Below are positions 38,256 to 46,094 of a stretch of 64,000 nt of DNA, in pieces. A program made the position numbers and the translations under genes. This DNA is from Acidobacteriota bacterium (GTDB lineage: Bacteria > Acidobacteriota > Vicinamibacteria > Vicinamibacterales > SCN-69-37). The stretch lies in contig JADYYY010000013.1 in NCBI GenBank assembly GCA_020853395.1, positions 109,521 through 173,520 of the forward strand, in the 5' to 3' direction. Under the pieces are notes generated by a model that had not been told where the DNA came from, did not search any database, and worked only from the letters and a program-made list of their open reading frames with translations. The number at the start of each line of letters is the position of its first letter. The stretch's first letter is position 1.

Positions 38256-40343
38256 CTACTGGCCTGAAATGACAGTGTTGGCGTCGAGGACCCCGGCTCG
38301 ATGGCCCCAGATGATGGCATTCGGGTCGACGGCGGCGGTGCGATGCCCCCAGATGATCGCGTTGGGATCAACGGCGGTGCTGCGATGCCCCCAAATGATG
38401 GCGTTCGGATCGACGGCGGCACTGCGATGGCCCCAGATGATGGCGTTGGGATCAACGGCGGCCGTGCGGTGCCCCCAGATGATGGCATTGGGATCAACGG
38501 CGGTGCTGCGATGCCCCCAGATGATGGCGTTCGGATCGACGGCGGCGCTGCGATGGCCCCAGATGATGGCGTTCGAGTCGACGGCCGCGCTCCGATGCCC
38601 CCAGATGATGGCGTTCGGGTCGACGGCCACGCTGCGATGGCCCCAGATAATCGCATTGGGATCAACGGCGGTGCTGCGATGCCCCCAAATGATGGCGTTC
38701 GGATCGACGGCGGTGCTGCGATGCCCCCAGATAATCGCATTGGGATCAACGGCGGCGGTGCGGTGCCCCCAAATGATGGCGTTCGAGTCAACGGCCGCGC
38801 TCTGATGGCCCCAGATGATCGCATCCCCGCCCACCGCTCCGTGCCACAACGCGGTGTTGCCGAGCATCGTGATGTCTGCGCGCGCGAGCGTCGCCGACAC
38901 GGTCTTGTCGAAGAAGGCCAGGCCGCCGGCGGCCACCGGCCCGCCGCCGATCACGACCGACGTCGGCATCGTCGACAGATCGCCGCCCGACGCGAGCGCG
39001 GCCGCGAGCACGACGTTCAGGCTGCCCGCGCCCTGCTCGATGAGCCCGGCATTGGGAAGCTGCTCCGCCGTCACCTGCAGCACGAACTTCGCCTGCGCCG
39101 GCGTCAAGTCCGGACGCGCCTGCAGCACTTGCGCAACGGCGCCCGTGACGACCGCCGTCGCCATGCTCGACCCCGACAGCGTGAGATACGTCCCGCCCGA
39201 CGCCCCGATCACCTGCCGCTCCGGTAGCAGGTTCCAGAGATGACTGCCGTACGCGCCCGCCGCGACGACGGCGTTGCCCGGCGCGACGAGGTCCGGCTTG
39301 ATGCGCCAGCTCGACGGATCCTCCGGATCGCCGACCGGACCACGCGAGCTGTACGTCGCCACGGTGTCGTCGGCGCGGCCGACCGTCGCGTGCGTGTTCA
39401 ACGCGCCGACCGTGATGGCGCCCGGCGTATCGCCAGGCGACACGACCATGCCGACAACGGCGGTGCCGTCCGCCGACTTGCCGAGATTGCCGGCCGATGC
39501 GACGACGATGAGGCCGGCGGCCACGGCGCGCTCGACCGCGCGGGCCAGCGGATCGACGTCATAAGCCTGCGTCGCTTCGTGCCCGAGCGACAGGTTCAGG
39601 ACGCGCAGCTTGTAGCGGTCCTTGTGCTTGATCGCCCACTCGATCGCCAGGATCACGTCCGAGACGTAGCCCGTCCCGTCCGCCGCCAGCACCCGAAGGC
39701 TGACGAGCTCGGCCCCCGGCGCCATCCCGATGTACGCCGTGCCCTCGTCGCCGCGGCTGCCTTTCCCGCCGCCGGCAATGATGCCGGCCACGTGCGTGCC
39801 GTGCCCGTAGCCGTCGGCCTCGCCCGAGCCGTCGTTGACGAAGTCCACGCGGAGGCGAACCCGGTTCTCGACGTCGGGATGTTGGGCAATGCCCGAGTCG
39901 ACGACCGCCACGCCAACGCCAGCGCCGGTCAGCCCGCTGAAATTGCCGCCGCTCCGGCCCGCCCACAGTTGGTTGGCGCCGGTGGCCTGCGTCGTCACGC
40001 TCATCGTGCTCGTGACCACGTCGTCGGCCGTCAGCGCCGAGACGTTCCCGTCGCCCGCGACGGCCCCGAGCTGCGCCCCGGTCCCCGACACGAGCGCGCC
40101 CATCTCCAGCCGCTTCAGCACCCGCACGCCGTATCGGGACGCGATGCGGTCCACCTCGTCCTGTGGGCCCTCGACGAGGACACGCAGCCGCTCGGATCCT
40201 CGGAGGCCCTCCTCGAGCCCCTTCGACAGCTTCGCTCGCCGCTGCTGCGCATCGGCGACTTGGGGCTGCAGGAACACGAACGACAGGCCGAGAAACAGAC
40301 AAAGGCCGGAAACGGGGAGCGATCGGGAGGGAAGCCGCTTCAT
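38256..40343 (-). CDS. Secreted S8 (subtilisin-like) serine peptidase with a 13 x 14-aa C-terminal repeat array
   Basis: Signal peptide present. Catalytic triad contexts are VAVVDSGI (D), GHGTHVAG (H) and SGSSMATA (S). The C-terminus carries (DPNAIIWGHRSxAV) x 13. Confidence 0.9.
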   Translation of the reverse strand: MKRLPSRSLPVSGLCLFLGLSFVFLQPQVADAQQRRAKLSKGLEEGLRGSERLRVLVEGPQDEVDRIASRYGVRVLKRLEMGALVSGTGAQLGAVAGDGNVSALTADDVVTSTMSVTTQATGANQLWAGRSGGNFSGLTGAGVGVAVVDSGIAQHPDVENRVRLRVDFVNDGSGEADGYGHGTHVAGIIAGGGKGSRGDEGTAYIGMAPGAELVSLRVLAADGTGYVSDVILAIEWAIKHKDRYKLRVLNLSLGHEATQAYDVDPLARAVERAVAAGLIVVASAGNLGKSADGTAVVGMVVSPGDTPGAITVGALNTHATVGRADDTVATYSSRGPVGDPEDPSSWRIKPDLVAPGNAVVAAGAYGSHLWNLLPERQVIGASGGTYLTLSGSSMATAVVTGAVAQVLQARPDLTPAQAKFVLQVTAEQLPNAGLIEQGAGSLNVVLAAALASGGDLSTMPTSVVIGGGPVAAGGLAFFDKTVSATLARADITMLGNTALWHGAVGGDAIIWGHQSAAVDSNAIIWGHRTAAVDPNAIIWGHRSTAVDPNAIIWGHRSTAVDPNAIIWGHRSVAVDPNAIIWGHRSAAVDSNAIIWGHRSAAVDPNAIIWGHRSTAVDPNAIIWGHRTAAVDPNAIIWGHRSAAVDPNAIIWGHRSTAVDPNAIIWGHRTAAVDPNAIIWGHRAGVLDANTVISGQ
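38286..38831. repeat. 13 tandem 42-bp units encoding D(P/S)NAIIWGHR(S/T)(A/T/V)AV inside the S8 peptidase gene
   Basis: Counted in the translation and in the DNA. The units fall into two or three alternating nucleotide subtypes. Confidence 0.95.
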
Positions 40344-40727
40344 GTCAGACGTCCGCCTCGTGTGAGCGCCTACCTGCTGACAAGTTCGTAAGGTTGGGCA
40401 CAGATATGTAAGGCACTTCCCATGCCACGGGCTTCGATGACACTATTGGCGTAATCCCGGTTACATTTTCGCCCTCAGCAGCCGAATTCCGCGAGAACGC
40501 GCACGAATTCGTGTGTGCGATTACGGTACTGTCGTAGAGCAGGGGAGTACCGCCGCCGATCGCTCCGCGACCGACCACCGCGTGGCGACTCGCCGCCACA
40601 CTTTCACGTTTCTACACGTCGTTTCGCACGAAACCGCCATTCGACGCCCGGCCAAGATCCTCGTTCGCGCTTACGGCATTGTTATTGGAGGGTGTGGGAC
40701 AGCGTTACCCTGGAGACGAGGTGAGCC

Positions 40728-42158
40728 ATGAAAGCGGGTCGGGTGCTCGTGTTGCTGCTCGTCGCCGCCGGATGCGCGACCAACCCGGCGACCGGCAAGC
40801 GGCAGATCATGCTGATGTCCGAGCAGCAGGAAATCGGGATCGGCCGCGAGAACGACGCCGCCGTTCGGAAGCAGATGGGCGTGTACAAGGATGACGAGCT
40901 GCAGCGCTACGTGGCGAGCGTCGGCATGCGCCTGGCTCAGGCTGCCCATCGTCCGGCGCTGCCCTGGACCTTCACCGTCGTCGACGAGCCGGCCGTCAAC
41001 GCGTTCGCGCTGCCGGGCGGCTTCATCTACCTCACCCGAGGCATCCTGCCGTTCCTGAAGAACGAGGCCGAGCTCGCCGCCGTGCTCGGCCACGAGATCG
41101 GGCACGTCGACGCCCGCCATTCCGCGCAGCAATACTCGAGTCAGACGCTGGCGGGCGGGGGGCTGGCGCTGCTCGGCATCCTCGTGCCTGAAACGCGCCC
41201 CGCTCAGGGATTGGCCAGCCTCGGGTTGCAGACCCTCTTCCTGAAGTTCAGCCGCGAGGACGAGCTCGAAGCAGACGGGCTCGGCGTCGGCTACACGGCG
41301 AGGAGCGGATGGGATCCGCACGGCATGCCCGGGCTGCTCGGCACGCTCGCGCGGCTCGACGAGGCGACGGGCACGAGCCGCGGCGTGCCCAATTGGGCGC
41401 TGACCCACCCGCCCGCAGCGGACCGCGTCACGAAGGTGCAGGAAGCCGTCGCGAGCGCGCCGGCGGGAGAGCGGGCGGTGAACCCGGCGGCGCTCGAGCG
41501 GCGGCTCGACGGGCTGGTGTTCGGCGACAGCCGCGAAAAAGGGATCGTCCGGGGCAACGAGTTCGTGCACCCCCTCCTGCAGTTCGCCGTCCGATTCCCC
41601 GACGGCTGGACGATTCAGAACAGCGACGAGCAAGTGGTGGCGCAGAGGCCCGAAGCCTCCAACGTCGCGATGTTGCTGGAGCTGGCGCAGGGCAGCTCGG
41701 GGAACCTGCAGCAGTACGCGCCCGCGATGATGGCCGAGGCCGGCTGGCAGCAGCTCAGCGGCGGACGGACGCAGATCAACGGCCTCGATGCGTACGTGGG
41801 GACGTATCAGGGCGCCGTCAACAACACCAGGGCCGGCCTGCGCGCCGCTCACGTCCGGGCCGGCAATCAGGTCTACGTGGTCGCCGGCCTGGCGCCGGCA
41901 TCGCAATTCTCCGGCGCGCAACAGACGTTCGACACCGCGATCCACACGTTCCGCACGTTGTCGCGCCAGGAAGCGGATCGCATCCAGCCGAATCGGATCG
42001 ACTTCTACGAGGTGCGCGGCGGCGAGACCTGGGATTCGATCGCGCGCGGTCCGGGTGACTCCATCGTCAAACCGTCGACGCTGGCCATCATGAACGGCCG
42101 CGATCCCGGCACCCCGCCGAGAGCAGGGGAACGCGTGCGGATCGTCGTCCGCGGATGA
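40728..42158 (+). CDS. M48 family zinc metallopeptidase lipoprotein with a C-terminal LysM domain
   Basis: Lipobox LLLVAAGC and the HEIGH zinc motif (AVLGHEIGHVDARH). The C-terminal YEVRGGETWDSIA...RVRIV is LysM-like. ATG follows GGAG/GAGG. Confidence 0.88.
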   Translation: MKAGRVLVLLLVAAGCATNPATGKRQIMLMSEQQEIGIGRENDAAVRKQMGVYKDDELQRYVASVGMRLAQAAHRPALPWTFTVVDEPAVNAFALPGGFIYLTRGILPFLKNEAELAAVLGHEIGHVDARHSAQQYSSQTLAGGGLALLGILVPETRPAQGLASLGLQTLFLKFSREDELEADGLGVGYTARSGWDPHGMPGLLGTLARLDEATGTSRGVPNWALTHPPAADRVTKVQEAVASAPAGERAVNPAALERRLDGLVFGDSREKGIVRGNEFVHPLLQFAVRFPDGWTIQNSDEQVVAQRPEASNVAMLLELAQGSSGNLQQYAPAMMAEAGWQQLSGGRTQINGLDAYVGTYQGAVNNTRAGLRAAHVRAGNQVYVVAGLAPASQFSGAQQTFDTAIHTFRTLSRQEADRIQPNRIDFYEVRGGETWDSIARGPGDSIVKPSTLAIMNGRDPGTPPRAGERVRIVVRG

Positions 42159-42892
42159 GGAGACCGCGTTTCGATCGGACGCCGTGGAAATCGATCGGGC
42201 TCGTCATCCTCACATCCGGCGGCGCCGCGTTCGCCTGCCTGACGTACCTCTGGATCCAGCTTCCTGACGTCCGTACGCTGCGCAACGCAAACCCCACGTC
42301 CACGGCGTTCATGCGCCTGCGCGAGGCCGAAGCCGGCCGGAGCAAGGGACGCACGCCACAGCCGGCGTTCCGCTGGGTCCCGTACCGCCAGATCGCTCCT
42401 GCGCTCGCGCGCGCCGTGGTGGTCGCCGAAGATGGCCGGTTCTGGTCTCACGACGGCGTGGATTTCGACGAGCTGCGCATCGCCGTGGAGGATGCGTGGG
42501 CCCGCGGCGCCGAGCTGCGGGGCGCGTCCACCATCACGCAGCAGCTCGCCAAGAACCTGTATCTCTCACCCTCGCGACACCCTCTTCGCAAGGCCGCGGA
42601 GCTGATGATCGCCCGGCGGCTGGAAGCTGAGCTGTCAAAAACACGCATCCTCGAGATCTACCTGAACGTCATCGAATGGGGCGATGGCATCTGGGGGGCG
42701 GAGGCGGCATCCCGCGCCTACTTCGGCGTGCCGGCGGCCGCCCTCACGGTCGAGCAGGCAGCGCTGCTGGCCGCGGCCATCATCAACCCGCGCATCTACA
42801 GCCCGGCCCACCCGAACGCCAGGCTGCGGCGGCGGCAGCAGACCGTGCTCGCCAGGATGGGGGCGGGAGTCGAGCGCACGCCGGTGCCGTGA
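42155..42892 (+). CDS. mtgA: Monofunctional biosynthetic peptidoglycan transglycosylase (GT51)
   Basis: EDGRFWSHDGVD, GASTITQQLAKN and RILEIYLNVIEWG motifs. The start overlaps the M48 stop (ATGA). Confidence 0.9.
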   Translation: MRRPRFDRTPWKSIGLVILTSGGAAFACLTYLWIQLPDVRTLRNANPTSTAFMRLREAEAGRSKGRTPQPAFRWVPYRQIAPALARAVVVAEDGRFWSHDGVDFDELRIAVEDAWARGAELRGASTITQQLAKNLYLSPSRHPLRKAAELMIARRLEAELSKTRILEIYLNVIEWGDGIWGAEAASRAYFGVPAAALTVEQAALLAAAIINPRIYSPAHPNARLRRRQQTVLARMGAGVERTPVP

Positions 42893-42944
42893 AGCCTGAT
42901 GGCCCTAACTCGCTGATAGGTATCGTTTTAGGCGTGGCCAATCC

Positions 42945-42974
42945 TTGACAAGCTTTCGGCGATGTAGCAAGAAT
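42945..42974 (+). promoter_or_regulatory. Weak sigma-70-like promoter candidate (TTGACA-N18-AAGAAT) in a short AT-richer gap
   Basis: TTGACA at 42945-42950 and AAGAAT at 42969-42974, 13 nt before the HNH start codon. Confidence 0.3.
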
Positions 42975-42986
42975 GTCGTCGGGACC

Positions 42987-43523
42987 ATGGAACAGACGCT
43001 CTTGCTCAACGCCACGTATGAGCCATTGCGCGTCGTGCACTGGCAGAAGGCGATCACCTTGTGGTCACAGGGCAAGGTCGAGATCGTCGCCGTGTACGAT
43101 CGCGAGGTCCGTTCCGTCTCGTTCAGCATCAAGCTCCCCTCGGTCATCAGGCTGCTTCGCCGCATTCGCATCCGCAAGACCGTCGAGTACGTCCCGTTTT
43201 CGCGCGCCAACATCTATGCGCGCGACAACCATGCGTGCCAGTACTGCGGCGGGCGGTTTCCGACGTCGGACCTGACGTTCGATCACGTCACGCCCGTCGC
43301 GCAAGGCGGCCGGAAGGATTGGGAGAACATCGTCACCTGCTGCGTGTCGTGCAACAGACGAAAGGGCGGCCGGACGCCCGAGCAGGCCGGCATGGTCCTC
43401 GTGCGCCCCGCACGTCGTCCCGATCGCGCGCCGGCCGTGCGGATCACCTTCGGGCTGAGGAACGCACCGGAGAGCTGGCGGGACTACGTTTACTGGAACG
43501 TCGAGCTCGACGACGAATCCTGA
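42987..43523 (+). CDS. HNH endonuclease (McrA-like small conserved family)
   Basis: LLLNATYEPLRVV N-terminus. The HNH/zinc motif reads HACQYCGG...DHVTPVAQGG...NIVTCCVSCNRRKG. Confidence 0.85.
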   Translation: MEQTLLLNATYEPLRVVHWQKAITLWSQGKVEIVAVYDREVRSVSFSIKLPSVIRLLRRIRIRKTVEYVPFSRANIYARDNHACQYCGGRFPTSDLTFDHVTPVAQGGRKDWENIVTCCVSCNRRKGGRTPEQAGMVLVRPARRPDRAPAVRITFGLRNAPESWRDYVYWNVELDDES

Positions 43524-43533
43524 TCGGAAGCAT

Positions 43534-44550
43534 GTGACGTCCTCCGTGCACCCAGACTGGGCCGTTCCGGGGAGCCGCGTCGTTCTCGAGGGCGCGGGGT
43601 TTCCCCTGCCGGAGGACGGCCCGCCCGAGGTGCGGATCGGCGGCCGCGAGGCGCACGTCGTCATGGCCTCGTCCCGGCGCCTGCGGATCGTCGTGCCGCA
43701 GCAGGCAGACCCCGGGATCAACCGCATCCAGGTCGAGGGGCATTCGGACGAGCCGGAGGGCACCGTGCTCGTCGCGCGCGTGCTCGCGGCCGGCATCCAC
43801 CAGGTCGACAGCCCCGCGTTCGACGGCTTGGGGCGCCTGTACGTCACGCAGAGCGGCGGGCCGGGCGCGACGACGTCCGTGCCGCTGTATCGCGTGAGCC
43901 GCGACGGCACGCGAGAGGCCGTGCCGGTGGAAATCGCCAACCCGACGTCGCTGGCGCATGGTCCTGACGGCGCGATGTACGTGTCGAGCCGGTTCGAGCG
44001 CGTCGTGTATCGGCTGACGACGGATGACCGGGTCGAGGTGTACGCCTCGGACCTCGGCGTGCCGACCGGCCTTGCGTTCGCGCGCGACGGCTCGCTGTTC
44101 GTCGGCGATCGATCCGGATCGGTGCTGCGGATCGGGCCGACGCGGCAAGTCGACACGTTTGCGACGTTGCCCTCGAGCGTCGCGGCTTTTCATCTCGCGT
44201 TCGGACCGGACGACTGCCTGTACGTCGCGGCGCCGACGCTGGCGTCGCGCGACGTGGTGTACCGCCTCACGCCCGATGCGCAGGTGCAGGTCGCGTGCAG
44301 CGGATTCGGCCGCCCGCAAGGTCTCGCGTTCGATCGGACCGGCGCGCTCTACGTCGTCGACGCCGTCGCGGGCGCATCGGGGCTCTATCGGGTGAACGTC
44401 CAGACGCCGCGGCCGGAGCCCGCGCTCGTGCTCTCCGCGCCGGGTCTCGTGGGGGTGGCGTTCGATCCGGAGGGCGGCGTGGCGCTCGCCTCCAACGACA
44501 CCCTCTGGCGGCTCGACGCGGACGTCCGTCCGTACTTCCCGCCCGGCTGA
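43534..44550 (+). CDS. IPT/TIG domain plus NHL/SMP-30-like beta-propeller repeat protein
   Basis: GTG start 10 nt after the HNH stop. The N-terminal VVLEGAGF...VRIGGREA...LRIVVP is IPT-like. The repeats are GLAFARDGSLFVGD, GLAFDRTGALYVVD and GVAFDPEGG. Confidence 0.75.
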   Translation: MTSSVHPDWAVPGSRVVLEGAGFPLPEDGPPEVRIGGREAHVVMASSRRLRIVVPQQADPGINRIQVEGHSDEPEGTVLVARVLAAGIHQVDSPAFDGLGRLYVTQSGGPGATTSVPLYRVSRDGTREAVPVEIANPTSLAHGPDGAMYVSSRFERVVYRLTTDDRVEVYASDLGVPTGLAFARDGSLFVGDRSGSVLRIGPTRQVDTFATLPSSVAAFHLAFGPDDCLYVAAPTLASRDVVYRLTPDAQVQVACSGFGRPQGLAFDRTGALYVVDAVAGASGLYRVNVQTPRPEPALVLSAPGLVGVAFDPEGGVALASNDTLWRLDADVRPYFPPG

Positions 44551-44556
44551 GCCTCG

Positions 44557-46035
44557 ATGCGGTTGTTCCGCGTCAAGCCGGTGGAGGCGACCGCTCGCGG
44601 CGGGCCCCAGTCGCTCGAGCCCGTCCTCGGCGCGGGCGATTTGATCCTGCTCGCGATCGGCGCCGTGATCGGCGCGGGCATCTTCTCGTCGATCGGCACG
44701 GCGGCCGCTGGCGAGGTGCTGCCGAACGGGCAGGTCGTGCGATACGGCGCCGGGCCGGCGCTCGTGCTCTCGTTCGTGCTGCTCGGCATCGTTTGCGGCC
44801 TGGCGGCGCTCTGCTACGCGGAGCTCGCCGCGATGATCCCGCAGGCCGGCAGCGCCTACACCTACACCTACGCGACGCTCGGCGAGCTGGTCGCGTGGAT
44901 CGTGGGTTGGGACCTCATCCTCGAATACGCCGTCGGCAACATCGCGGTCGCGATCGCGTGGAGCGGGTACTTCACGTCGCTGCTCGGCGCCACCGGCATC
45001 GAGCTCCCCGCGTGGCTCACCCACGGCTACCGCACGGCGCTGCTCAGCGGCGATCCCGCGGTGCACGCGTTGATCGACACGGCGCCGCGGATCGCCGGAG
45101 TACCGGTCCTCCTCAACGTGCCGGCGGCGGTGATCGTGATCGCGATCACGGCGCTGCTGTACGTCGGGGTGCGTGAGAGCGCCCGCGCCAACGCCGTCAT
45201 GGTCGTCGTCAAGCTCGGCGTGCTCGCCCTGTTCGTCGTCCTGGGCGCGTGGCACGTCGATCCGGCGAACTACCGGCCGTTCGCGCCGAACGGGTGGACC
45301 GGCATCCATCAGGGGGCGGCGATCGTGTTCTTCGCGTACATCGGCTTCGACGCGATCTCGACGGCGGCCGAGGAGACCCGGAATCCTCAGCGCAACCTGC
45401 CGATCGGGATTCTCGGTGGCCTCGCCGTGTGCACGGCGATCTACGTCGTCGTCGGGATCGTCGCGACGGGGCTCGTGCCGGCGAGCCAACTGCGCGCGTC
45501 GGATCCGCTCGCGCGGGCGCTCGAGCTGGCCGGCCTGCCGACGGCGGGTGCCATCGTGGCGGCCGGCGCGGTCGTGTCGCTCACGGCGGTGCTGCTCGTG
45601 TTTCAGTACGGCCAGCCGCGGATCCTGTTCGCGATGGCCCGCGACGGCCTGCTGCCTGCGTGGGCGTCGCGCGTGCACCCGCGGTTCCGGACGCCGCACG
45701 TCACCACGCTCTTGACGGGCGTCGTGGTGGCGTTGGGGAGCCTCGTTGCGGATGAGAACGAGATCTACGATCTGACGAACATCGGCACGCTCACCGCCTT
45801 CGCGATCGTGTGCGGCGGCGTGCTCGTGTTGCGCGTGCGGCGGCCGGACCTGGCGCGGCCGTTCCGGGTGCCGTTCGTCTGGCCGGTGGCCCTGGCGGGC
45901 GCGGCGGCGTGCCTCTACGTCATGAAGGGGCTTCCGCCGACCGCCTGGATCCGATTTGGGATCTGGCTCGCCGTGGGCCTCGTCGTGTACTTCGCCTACG
46001 GCGCGCGACGCAGCCGCCTGGCGGCGGCCGAATGA
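44557..46035 (+). CDS. APC superfamily amino acid permease (cationic amino acid transporter-like)
   Basis: About 12-14 hydrophobic segments. The N-terminal [21 protein letters not shown] and the [15 protein letters not shown] motif are present. Confidence 0.9.
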   Translation: MRLFRVKPVEATARGGPQSLEPVLGAGDLILLAIGAVIGAGIFSSIGTAAAGEVLPNGQVVRYGAGPALVLSFVLLGIVCGLAALCYAELAAMIPQAGSAYTYTYATLGELVAWIVGWDLILEYAVGNIAVAIAWSGYFTSLLGATGIELPAWLTHGYRTALLSGDPAVHALIDTAPRIAGVPVLLNVPAAVIVIAITALLYVGVRESARANAVMVVVKLGVLALFVVLGAWHVDPANYRPFAPNGWTGIHQGAAIVFFAYIGFDAISTAAEETRNPQRNLPIGILGGLAVCTAIYVVVGIVATGLVPASQLRASDPLARALELAGLPTAGAIVAAGAVVSLTAVLLVFQYGQPRILFAMARDGLLPAWASRVHPRFRTPHVTTLLTGVVVALGSLVADENEIYDLTNIGTLTAFAIVCGGVLVLRVRRPDLARPFRVPFVWPVALAGAAACLYVMKGLPPTAWIRFGIWLAVGLVVYFAYGARRSRLAAAE

Positions 46036-46094
46036 AGGTGCCGCCCGCTGATAAGATGGAAGTTTTGGGCTGCCCCGGCGGCCCGGGCTGATCG

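Noticed and set aside
38286-38831. A CRISPR array, considered for this and the other tandem repeats (4441-4503, 7769-7885, 56881-57066).
   Set aside because: The repeats are directly adjacent with no unique spacers. The unit sizes of 7, 9, 19 and 42 bp are wrong for CRISPR. No cas genes are present. The 42-bp array is in frame inside a protease gene.
40345-40599. An 84-aa ORF, and the 69-72-aa plus-strand ORFs, in the 384-bp S8/M48 divergent intergenic region.
   Set aside because: Third-codon positions are A/T-rich (agt, ggt, gta, aat, ata, tca ...), unlike real genes here. There is no SD and no motifs. The region more likely holds the two divergent promoters.
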